Shown here: piece by piece, positions 45,760 through 53,576 of the stretch
Layout of the letters: each line of letters starts with the position of its first letter
Numbering within the stretch: the stretch's first letter is position 1
Position numbers and translations under genes: made by a program
NCBI GenBank assembly: GCA_017461245.1
Contig: JAFTYW010000036.1
Coordinates: 17,829-81,828, forward strand
From: Oscillospiraceae bacterium
GTDB taxonomy: Bacteria > Bacillota > Clostridia > Oscillospirales > Ruminococcaceae
Length of the DNA stretch: 64,000 bases
Reading direction: 5' to 3'
The notes under the pieces: generated by a model
What the model saw: only the letters and a program-made list of their open reading frames with translations
Told to the model about the DNA's origin: nothing
The model's database searches: none

Positions 45760-46236
45760 ATGTCTATTTCAAAGGTACGAGGATATTTAAAGGGTTTTAA
45801 TGCCGACGGAAGAATTATTGAGCTTTCTGAGTCGAGCGCTACCGTTGAGCTGGCGGCGCAGGCCCTTGGCTGTGAGGGCAAGCGAATTGCAAAAACGCTC
45901 TCATTTGCGGTCGGCGACGGCGCAATTTTAGTCGTTGCGGCGGGCGATGCCAAAATTGACAACCACTCTTTTAAGGAAACCTTTGGAGTAAAGGCGAAAA
46001 TGCTCTCCTTTGACGATGTTGAGGCAAAGATCGGGCACGCTGTCGGCGGAGTTTGCCCCTTTGCGATAAACGACGGCGTTAAGGTCTACCTCGACGAGTC
46101 CCTAAAAAGATTTGAAACGGTCTTCCCCGCCTGCGGCAGCAGCAACAGCGCAATAGAGCTCTCTCTGCCCGAGCTTGAACGGTTTTCACGCTTTGATGCA
46201 TGGGTCGACGTCTGCAAGGCGTGGAGAGAAGAATAA
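45760..46236 (+). CDS. YbaK/EbsC-type aminoacyl-tRNA deacylase domain protein
   Basis: ...RIAKTLSF......GHAVGGVCPFA... The start is either 45751 or 45760. Confidence 0.7.
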   Translation: MSISKVRGYLKGFNADGRIIELSESSATVELAAQALGCEGKRIAKTLSFAVGDGAILVVAAGDAKIDNHSFKETFGVKAKMLSFDDVEAKIGHAVGGVCPFAINDGVKVYLDESLKRFETVFPACGSSNSAIELSLPELERFSRFDAWVDVCKAWREE

Positions 46237-46322
46237 TTTTTAATTTTGTTGGAATTACAACATACTTTTATATTTCTTCATTGTATAATAGCCTCGAAGA
46301 AATATATTAGGAGGACTAATTT

Positions 46323-47335
46323 ATGAAAAACAAATTTTTAAAAACCATTTCTTTAATTCTTGCTGCCGCCATGCTTTCACTCTGCATCGCAGGCTGCACA
46401 CAGGACAAGGGAGGCGCTTCCTCTGCTATCGCATCGCAGGAGCCCAAGACCAAGGTCAACGTTGCTGTTCTTAAGGGACCTACCGCTCTCGGTATGCTCA
46501 AGCTTATGGACGACAACAACAACGGAAACGCCGCAAACGATTACAAGTTTGAGGTTTTTTCGGCTGCTGACCAGCTTGTTCCCAACATTGTAAACAAGTC
46601 TATCGACATTGCGGCTGTTCCGACAAACCTTGCCGCAACACTTTACAAGAAGACCGAAAAGAATGTAAGTATTATCGCGGTCAACACCCTCGGTGTTCTT
46701 TCGATTTTAACAAATGGCGAGGAAATTACCTCAGTTGCTGACCTTAAGGGCAAGACCATCTACGCAACAGGCAAAGGCTCAACCCCCGAATACGCTTTAA
46801 ACTACATTCTTGAGAAGAACGGCCTTAAGGTCGGCGAGGATGTTACCGTTGAGTACAAGGGCGAACACTCCGAACTTGCCGCACTCGTTATCTCCGGTGA
46901 GGCAAAAATTGCTATGCTTCCTCAGCCTTTGTAACTCAGGTTACAACCAAGAACGACAAGGTTAAGATCGCTCTTGATCTATCTGCCGAGTGGGCAAAGA
47001 TCGGCGAGGGCAGTGAGCTTGTTATGGGCTGCCTTATCGTAAGAAACGATTTTCTTAATGAAAACAAGGCCGTTGTTGACGCTTTCCTTAACGAATACTC
47101 CGCATCGACCTACAGCGCAAACGAAGAGCTTGACGAAACCGCAGAGCTTGCCGAGAAATTCTCGATCATGGATGCCGCTGTTGTTTCAAAGGCTCTCCCC
47201 TACTGCAACATTGTTTATATGGACGGTGCCAAGATGAAAGAAAGCGTTTCCAAATACTTAAACGTACTTTACACCGCCAACCCCGCATCTATCGGCGGAG
47301 CTGTTCCCGGCGATGATTTCTACTATGCTAAATAA
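46323..47335 (+). pseudogene. ABC substrate-binding lipoprotein gene interrupted by a 1-nt frameshift
   Basis: Frame 0 ends ...AKIAMLPQPL* at 46934. The same protein continues without stops in the adjacent frame from 46925 (AFVTQVTTKNDKVKIALDLSAEWAKIG...YYAK*), which includes track ORF 47024-47335. Lipobox LSLCIAGC. Confidence 0.75.
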
Positions 47336-48107
47336 GCTTACAAACAAAATCCCAAAGCCCGCGCGGCTCGCTTTAGCGCTTGTGTTCTGGCTATTTGTTT
47401 GGCAGATAGTCTATATGATAATCGGGAGCGACATAATTTTTGCCTCCCCCTTAAGCACATTCAAGCGGGTCTTTGAGCTTGCCGCGACCTTGGAGTTTTG
47501 GAAAAACTGTGCAAACTCGATTTTCCACGTCTTATTCGGATTTGTTGCTGCGCTCATAGTTTCCATTCCTCTTGCGGCTCTGACCGCTCGGTTTAAATTT
47601 ATAAACCTATTGTTTTCTCCGATTTTAAAGCTTATAAAGGCGACTCCCGTTGCCTCGTTTATAGTGCTTGCTCTGTTCTGGCTCAAAAATGGGGTCGTAT
47701 CCTTTATCGCCTTTCTGATGGTTGTGCCGCTTGTTTACTCAAATCTTTCCGAAGGCTTTGAGAATATGGACAAGGGCCTTATTGAAATGGCAAAGGTCTA
47801 TAAGTTTTCCTTTATCAAAAAGGTGCGGCTTATATACATTCCTTCGCTTATGCCCTATTTTGTGGCGGCCTGCAGTGTTGGCCTCGGCTTTGCCTGGAAG
47901 GCGGGAATTGCCGCCGAGGTTATAGCGCTGCCCGGCAGCACCTTGGGGCTTGAGATCTACAACGCTAAGATCTACATCGAAACGGTTGACCTTTTTGCCC
48001 TCACCGTAGTTATAATTGTTTTGAGCATCATAATGGAAAAGGCGTTTATGTGGCTGCTTAAAAAGCTTTCGCAAAAGATTTTGAGGGGCGGTGGCAAAAA
48101 TGCTTAA
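47313..48107 (+). CDS. ABC transporter permease
   Basis: 264 aa, six TM segments, BPD-type permease. Confidence 0.85.
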   Translation: MISTMLNKLTNKIPKPARLALALVFWLFVWQIVYMIIGSDIIFASPLSTFKRVFELAATLEFWKNCANSIFHVLFGFVAALIVSIPLAALTARFKFINLLFSPILKLIKATPVASFIVLALFWLKNGVVSFIAFLMVVPLVYSNLSEGFENMDKGLIEMAKVYKFSFIKKVRLIYIPSLMPYFVAACSVGLGFAWKAGIAAEVIALPGSTLGLEIYNAKIYIETVDLFALTVVIIVLSIIMEKAFMWLLKKLSQKILRGGGKNA

Positions 48108-48669
48108 ACTCACAGGCATTTCAAAATCCTTTGGCGAAAAAAAAGTTTTAGAGAATTTTTCGTATGATTTCGGCGAAAAAGGCGTCGTTTGCATAAGCGG
48201 AGCCTCGGGATGCGGAAAAACCACCCTGCTGAGAATTATTTCGGGACTTGAAAAATCCCAAAGTGGTGATATACTATTAAGTGGAACTGTTTCCTTTATG
48301 TTTCAGGAGGACAGGCTTCTGCCCTGGCTTTCCGCTTGGGAGAACGTCGCCTGCGTTCTAAACAAGAAAAGCGCTGAGAGAAAGGCTAGAGCTTTTGAGC
48401 TTCTTAAGCTTGTCGGACTTGAAGGAAACGAAAACGAGCAGATACCTAATTTGAGCGGAGGAATGAAGCGGCGGGTCGCTTTTGCAAGAGCAATAGCAGT
48501 TGAGCCTGACATTCTGCTGCTTGACGAGGCCTTTACGGGTCTTGACGAGGAAAACCGCAAAAAGCTCTCCTCGCTGGTGAGCGAGGCAGCAAAGGATCAC
48601 CTTGTGATTATGGTCACACACGACAGTGAGGACATAGATAGCCTTGCCGACCGCGTAGTTGCTCTTTAG
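48100..48669 (+). CDS. Compact ABC transporter ATP-binding protein
   Basis: GASGCGKTT, LSGGMKRR, LLLDEAF, VTHD. It is only about 190 aa, with no C-terminal extension. Confidence 0.85.
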   Translation: MLKLTGISKSFGEKKVLENFSYDFGEKGVVCISGASGCGKTTLLRIISGLEKSQSGDILLSGTVSFMFQEDRLLPWLSAWENVACVLNKKSAERKARAFELLKLVGLEGNENEQIPNLSGGMKRRVAFARAIAVEPDILLLDEAFTGLDEENRKKLSSLVSEAAKDHLVIMVTHDSEDIDSLADRVVAL

Positions 48670-48703
48670 TTCCAATCTAAGACTCTTTAAAAGGAGAAAA
48701 GGT

Positions 48704-49252
48704 ATGGCTAAGAATAAAATAGTTGCGCTTGTTGGAATGTGCGGCTGCGGAAAAAGCGTTGTATGCGATATGTTCGTAAGTCGTGGCTGGAACCGAATTT
48801 ATTTCGGCGGAGTTACCATGGACGAGCTTGCAAAAAGAGGTCTTGAAAAGAACGAGAAAAACGAAAGGGCTATCCGTGAAGAGCTTCGCAGAGAGCACGG
48901 ACCTGCCGCTTTTGCAAAGATTCTGCTCCCCTCTATAGAAAAAGCCGCTCAGAACGGCAATGCTATTCTCGACGGTCTTTATTCCTGGTCGGAATACAAA
49001 TGCTTAAAGGAGCATTTCGGTGATGACATAAAGGTTATTGCAATCGTTGCCGACAGAGCTATCCGTTACGAAAGGCTTACAACAAGGGTCGTACGCCCCC
49101 TTACCAACGCCGAGGCTGAGAGTCGCGACTGGGCTGAAATAGAAAAGCTTGAAAAGGGCGGCCCTATCTCAATAGCCGACTATTTCGCTTTCAACAACGG
49201 AAGCGTTGAGGAACTCACAAATCAGATTGAAGCCATTATTGAAAAATTATAA
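48704..49252 (+). CDS. P-loop nucleotide/nucleoside-kinase-like protein (dephospho-CoA-kinase-like / UPF0200-type)
   Basis: ATG at 48704 after AAGGAGAAAAGGT. Walker A GMCGCGKS. The fold assignment is from memory of archaeal UPF0200 proteins. Confidence 0.5.
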   Translation: MAKNKIVALVGMCGCGKSVVCDMFVSRGWNRIYFGGVTMDELAKRGLEKNEKNERAIREELRREHGPAAFAKILLPSIEKAAQNGNAILDGLYSWSEYKCLKEHFGDDIKVIAIVADRAIRYERLTTRVVRPLTNAEAESRDWAEIEKLEKGGPISIADYFAFNNGSVEELTNQIEAIIEKL

Positions 49253-49267
49253 ACCTTTAAATAAAAA

Positions 49268-49305
49268 ATAAGCTTCGGGATTTTTCCGAAGCTTATTTTT
49301 TTATT
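49268..49305. terminator. Bidirectional terminator between convergent operons
   Basis: AATAAGCTTCGG / CCGAAGCTTATT followed by TTTTTT. The minus-strand peptidase stop codon (49293-49295) lies inside the stem. Confidence 0.8.
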
Positions 49306-49733
49306 ATTTTGTGATAAATTCTGCTTAAAAATGACCTTGCTTTTTTAAACGCAATCAGCGCAGGACTTATGAAAACCCACAGCCTTGAATAGAGCCGATA
49401 ACTAAAATCATTTACGGTGTAGTGCTTGTCCTTGCGGTAAAACTCGCAAAGAACTCCTACGATCTGCTCGTCTTTGACTGTTTCGCGCTCGATGCAGTTG
49501 TCGCCGCGGATTATGTAGTGGTTTTCCCTTACCCCGATAACGCGGTGAAGCACAAGGCTTTCTCCCCTGCGGTAAAGCGGAACATCGTATTTTTTAAGTC
49601 TGTCGGCGACAGGCCTTATAACAATTCTGTCGCGCCTATCGCTAAAAAGCGGCAACATACTGACGCCGCTTGTGGTGGTCACAAAAAAGCCTTTTTCCTT
49701 TAAGACCTGCTCGGCAGAAAGCTGCTCATTCAT
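49293..49733 (-). CDS. S24/S26-family peptidase, Ser/His (SipW/ER-type-like) signal-peptidase homologue with a C-terminal TM helix
   Basis: SGVSMLP (Ser27), LHRVIG (His65, where P-type enzymes have Lys) and RGDN (Asp80). A C-terminal hydrophobic segment, LWVFISPALIAF. The first ATG at 49733 overlaps the pqqD-like stop. Confidence 0.7.
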   Translation of the reverse strand: MNEQLSAEQVLKEKGFFVTTTSGVSMLPLFSDRRDRIVIRPVADRLKKYDVPLYRRGESLVLHRVIGVRENHYIIRGDNCIERETVKDEQIVGVLCEFYRKDKHYTVNDFSYRLYSRLWVFISPALIAFKKARSFLSRIYHKIIKK

Positions 49734-49995
49734 CTTCAAAAACTCCCGCCTGAAGCATTTTGTTTGCTATTTTCGCTATATCTTCCTGCGCCTTTTCTAA
49801 AGAAATTCCGTACTCCTCAGAAAGCTTTTTTGCAGCCTCTTCCTGACTCAAACCATCAGCAAAGTAGCTCCATATATCAGCAGCGGTCTGATTAAGTTCG
49901 ATCATTCCGTGAAACTCGCGGCTAAGCTCGCCTGTGCTGACAACGACTGTTGTATCCCCTATTTTTTGCATAACAAAGCCTTTTTTAATTTTCAT
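49726..49995 (-). CDS. PqqD-family protein (RiPP recognition element-type peptide chaperone)
   Basis: 89 aa. ...VVVSTGELSREFHGMIELNQTAADIWSYFADGLSQEEAAKKLSEEYGISLEKAQEDIAKIANKM... matches the PqqD wHTH size and pattern. Confidence 0.7.
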   Translation of the reverse strand: MKIKKGFVMQKIGDTTVVVSTGELSREFHGMIELNQTAADIWSYFADGLSQEEAAKKLSEEYGISLEKAQEDIAKIANKMLQAGVFEDE

Positions 49996-50728
49996 TATTG
50001 TTACCTCTATTCTTAAATTTCTGCCCGGTTAAAGCCTCAAACGAGGTTTTAACGGCGTGCTCTGATATATCACATTCCAAAACGTACACAGGCACAAGAT
50101 TTACAAGCCTTGAGAAAAGCTCAAGATTTTTCTTTGCAGCCTCTTCATTTATCGGCAGATAGATCTGATTTAATAAAACGGCGAAATACTCCTTGGGATC
50201 AACCTTGTATATTTTGTTTTCTTTTCCCCTTTTTAAAATGCAGATTGCTTTTAAAGGGGCGCTTGTGTTGCTGCCCAGCCCTTCTTTGCCTTTCCAGGCC
50301 GTTCCGTAGGCGGTAACCTCATCACTTTCAATTTTCAAAATCGGTTTGTCGCCGTTTATGACGCAAACGCTGTCGCCGAGATATTCTTGCCACAGCCTTA
50401 GGTGTGTTGTTTTTCCCGTTCCGCTCGGAGCGGTAAAAATATAAGCGCTCTCGCCGCACTTTACAGCGGCGCCGTGCATTACAAACCTGTCAAAAAGCGG
50501 CAGCTTTTCGGCAATATGGCGGTAAATACAGAGGATTTCAGCGTAGTCAAAGGTCGTTCTGACCTCTGCTTCCTCTATTTCCCTCAAAACCTCGTCGCGC
50601 TCCGCCTTTGCAAATATATCAGCATCGGTTTTCTGGGTTAAATAATCAGCACAAAACTTTTCTGCAAAGGGAGAACTACTTTGGATATTTACTGTTTTTT
50701 CTGCAAGCTCAATGTAAAAATCTGCCAT
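49985..50728 (-). CDS. HPr-kinase/phosphorylase-like P-loop protein (HprK-related peptide-kinase family)
   Basis: 247 aa with P-loop APSGTGKTTH, then ...INGDKP..., and a strong SD AAGGAGAGGGAG. Confidence 0.6.
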   Translation of the reverse strand: MADFYIELAEKTVNIQSSSPFAEKFCADYLTQKTDADIFAKAERDEVLREIEEAEVRTTFDYAEILCIYRHIAEKLPLFDRFVMHGAAVKCGESAYIFTAPSGTGKTTHLRLWQEYLGDSVCVINGDKPILKIESDEVTAYGTAWKGKEGLGSNTSAPLKAICILKRGKENKIYKVDPKEYFAVLLNQIYLPINEEAAKKNLELFSRLVNLVPVYVLECDISEHAVKTSFEALTGQKFKNRGNNNEN

Positions 50729-50743
50729 GATCTCCCTCTCCTT

Positions 50744-51736
50744 TTATTCTGCCGACAAAATAAGGTCGGCAAGCTCATTCTCATTTATTCCGCCAATATG
50801 ATCCGAAACGGTTATGTTTTTAAGGCGGGTCAAAATTTCTTCTCTTTCAAATTTTGCGTCTTTAAGCTCTGCTTCAAGAGCGTCTATGCTCTTAACGCCG
50901 AAAAAGTCACCAAAAAAGCGAATGTCGCAAATTCTGCCGTCGTGGGTATTTAAGTGGCACTCGACTATGCCAAAGGGATATTTCTTCTCGGTTTTGAGCG
51001 AAAAGTCGGGCGAAAAGCCGAAGTTCCACTCCCATTTTGAGTGCTTTTCCTGCTCTATCTTTTTTGCCGCACCAATATCGGCGCCAGATAAGGTGTAAAG
51101 CTTGCAATCTTTACGGCTCAAAAAGTAGTCAGCAAGCGCTTTCATAAACTGCTCGGCCGTGAGGGCACTTTTGCAAAGCTCCTTGACGTTGGTTACCCTG
51201 CTTTTTACGGAGCGCACCGCCTTATCTTCGAGCTTTTTAATATTTGGGCGCAGAGCCTTTGAAAGCGCCGAAATGTCGGCATCATAAAGCAGCGTTCCGT
51301 GCGCGAGATTTCTACCGTTTTTTACAGTCTGTGCCGTGCCCGAAATTTTCGCACCGTTTACTGTAATGTCATTTCTGCCCGAAAGCGCGGCAGAGACACC
51401 AAACTGCGAAAGAAACTCGCAAATGGGTGCAGCAAGTCGGCTGAAATCGCCGAAGCTCTCATTTTTATAGTCTGAAATCAAGGTGTAATTTATATTGCCA
51501 AGATCGTGAAAGACCGCTCCGCCGCCCGTAACCCTTCTTACAACTGTAATGTTGTTTTGCTTTACATACTCGCTATCAATCTCAGCGTAGGCGTTCTGGT
51601 TTTTACCGATTATAACAGACGGCTCATTGCGCCAAAGCATTATGATCTCGCCCTCTGTAAAGTTGTTTAAAAGGTATTCCTCAAGCGCAAGATTGAAGCT
51701 CGGCGAGGTAAACTCATTTAAGATAAATTTAGTCAT
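50744..51736 (-). CDS. lplA: Lipoate-protein ligase A
   Basis: ...RRVTGGGAVFHDLGN...GRNDI...GAKISGTAQ...HGTLL..., plus the LplA C-terminal accessory domain. Confidence 0.85.
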   Translation of the reverse strand: MTKFILNEFTSPSFNLALEEYLLNNFTEGEIIMLWRNEPSVIIGKNQNAYAEIDSEYVKQNNITVVRRVTGGGAVFHDLGNINYTLISDYKNESFGDFSRLAAPICEFLSQFGVSAALSGRNDITVNGAKISGTAQTVKNGRNLAHGTLLYDADISALSKALRPNIKKLEDKAVRSVKSRVTNVKELCKSALTAEQFMKALADYFLSRKDCKLYTLSGADIGAAKKIEQEKHSKWEWNFGFSPDFSLKTEKKYPFGIVECHLNTHDGRICDIRFFGDFFGVKSIDALEAELKDAKFEREEILTRLKNITVSDHIGGINENELADLILSAE

Positions 51737-52295
51737 TTTTCAGTTCCTCAGAAAAGGTCCTAATAAACTCGGCGGCAGGAAAGCCGACAACGTTAAAGTA
51801 ATCGCCGACGATACCCTTTACAAAACGCACACCCTTGCGTTGAATGCCGTAAGAGCCCGCTTTATCCATAGGTTCGCCCGTTTTTACATACCAGTCTATT
51901 TCCTCATCAGAAAGCTTGTAAAACTCAACCTTTGTAGAGGCAACAAAGCCCTTTTTGGTGTCCTTTGAGCAAACGAAAACCCCCGTTAGCACCTCGTGAG
52001 TCCTACCCGAGAGAGTTCTCAGCATATTTTTAGCGTCCTCTTGGTCCTTGGGTTTGCCGAGAGCCTTTGAATCGAGCACAACAACGGTATCCGCACCGAC
52101 AACGACGGCATCGGGATCACCTTCAAAAATATCCTCTGCCTTTGTGCGAGCCGAATTTAAAACAGCCTCTTTTACATCCTCGCCGTCTTTCATTGGCGGC
52201 TCTTTTGATGAGGGCTTTATCTCAAAAGACAGCCCCAGCTGCTCAAATATTTCTTTTCTTCTCGGCGACGCCGATGCCAAAATGAGCCTTTTCAT
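51729..52295 (-). CDS. maf: Maf-family nucleoside-triphosphate pyrophosphatase
   Basis: LILASASPRRKEI...GADTVV...AGSYGIQ. Confidence 0.9.
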   Translation of the reverse strand: MKRLILASASPRRKEIFEQLGLSFEIKPSSKEPPMKDGEDVKEAVLNSARTKAEDIFEGDPDAVVVGADTVVVLDSKALGKPKDQEDAKNMLRTLSGRTHEVLTGVFVCSKDTKKGFVASTKVEFYKLSDEEIDWYVKTGEPMDKAGSYGIQRKGVRFVKGIVGDYFNVVGFPAAEFIRTFSEELKND

Positions 52296-52328
52296 CTTTT
52301 CACCTTTTAAAAATCAAATATATAATTA

Positions 52329-52357
52329 ATTGTATCATACACTTATTCATTTTTCAA
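52329..52357 (-). promoter_or_regulatory. Candidate promoter of the maf-lplA-(kinase-pqqD-peptidase) operon
   Basis: The minus strand reads TTGAAA, a 17-nt spacer, then TACAAT, directly after the ferredoxin terminator. Confidence 0.55.
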
Positions 52358-52377
52358 GGGCAAGGTGATACAAAGCA

Positions 52378-52412
52378 AACGGGCTCCTGCCACACGGCAG
52401 GAGCCCGTTTTT
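52378..52412. terminator. Intrinsic terminator after the ferredoxin gene
   Basis: AAACGGGCTCCTGCC / GGCAGGAGCCCGTTT with a 5-nt loop. Confidence 0.75.
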
Positions 52413-52426
52413 AAGTATTTTTTCTG

Positions 52427-52597
52427 TTAGTCCTCAACGATAGCAGAAACGGGGCAGGTTGCAACGCAAGCGCCGCACTCGATGCAGGTATCCTGATCGA
52501 TAACGTATTTTCCCTCACCCTCAGAGATTGCTTCTACGGGGCACTCACCTGCGCAAGAGCCGCAGCCGAGGCACTCATCAGTAATTTTGTATGCCAT
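52427..52597 (-). CDS. fdx: 2x[4Fe-4S] clostridial-type ferredoxin (56 aa)
   Basis: Below the track cutoff. MAYKITDECLGCGSCAGECPVEAISEGEGKYVIDQDTCIECGACVATCPVSAIVED, with SD GAGGAGG. Confidence 0.9.
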   Translation of the reverse strand: MAYKITDECLGCGSCAGECPVEAISEGEGKYVIDQDTCIECGACVATCPVSAIVED

Positions 52598-52679
52598 GAT
52601 ATACACCTCCTCAAAGCATAATTGCTTTTGTGCTTATATTCTATCACACCGCTTTTCAAAAATCAACATATTTTTTATG

Positions 52680-53549
52680 TTAATCATTCTCTTTAATGTT
52701 AAGCTCTTCCTCCCCGTCCTCCTTTTTTGGCTTAGGAGAGCGGATAAGGCGGACATCATCGCGGTTTGCGCTCACAATAGTTGTATGCTCATCATTAGAG
52801 TCAAGGCGCACTCTCAGTTCGCCTTTTAAGACGTTTACGTCGCAGACAGTTCCCTTACCGTCACGGGTTGAAACGTAGCTGCCGACTCTGGGGGTGATCT
52901 TTAAAAGCTCATCGTAGACCGACTGCTCATATTTAAGGCAGCACATAAGTCTGCCGCAGGTGCCCGAAATCTTGGCAAGGTTTAAAGAAAGTCCCTGATC
53001 CTTTGCCATTTTGATTGAAACCGGCTGAAAATCCGAAAGGAAGGATGAGCAGCAGAAAGGCCTGCCGCAAACGCCGAGGCCACCGAGCATCTTAGACTCG
53101 TCACGCACGCCTATCTGGCGAAGCTCTATCCTTGTTCTGAAAACAGAAGCAAGGTCCTTAACAAGCTCTCTGAAATCAATTCTACCGTCGGCAGTAAAGT
53201 AAAAGAGGATCTTACTGTTATCAAAGGCAACCTCAACGTCAACAAGCTTCATTTCAAGGTTGTGCGCCAAGATCTTTTCAGAGCATATATCAAATGCCTC
53301 TTTTTCTTTTTGGCGGTTTTTCTCAAGCTGGGCAATATCCTTTTCTGTTGCAAGCCTTACGACCTGCTTTAAGGGAGATACGACCGCGCTATCCTCGACC
53401 TCACCCTTTTCCATTGCGACAGTTCCGCACTCAAGGCCTCGGGCGGTCTCAACTATCACATATTGATTAAGCTTTGGTGCAAAATCCTTAGGGTCAAAGT
53501 AGTACACCTTGCCTCCGTCTTTGAAACGGATGCCGATTACCGTAGTCAT
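52680..53549 (-). CDS. ricT: PSP1-domain protein RicT/YaaT
   Basis: ...YYFDPKDF...CGRPFCCSSFL...CGRLMCCLKYE... Confidence 0.85.
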   Translation of the reverse strand: MTTVIGIRFKDGGKVYYFDPKDFAPKLNQYVIVETARGLECGTVAMEKGEVEDSAVVSPLKQVVRLATEKDIAQLEKNRQKEKEAFDICSEKILAHNLEMKLVDVEVAFDNSKILFYFTADGRIDFRELVKDLASVFRTRIELRQIGVRDESKMLGGLGVCGRPFCCSSFLSDFQPVSIKMAKDQGLSLNLAKISGTCGRLMCCLKYEQSVYDELLKITPRVGSYVSTRDGKGTVCDVNVLKGELRVRLDSNDEHTTIVSANRDDVRLIRSPKPKKEDGEEELNIKEND

Positions 53550-53576
53550 AAAAACAAAAACCTTCCTATCTATTAT

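Noticed and set aside
47739-48224. 161-aa minus-strand ORF, and also 48358-48675 and 48303-48560.
   Set aside because: They are antisense to the ABC permease and ATPase genes.
50681-50953. 90-aa plus-strand ORF near the kinase/lplA junction, considered as a possible RiPP precursor.
   Set aside because: It is on the wrong strand, overlaps two well-supported genes, has no RBS and is too long and Cys/Phe-rich in a shadow-frame manner.
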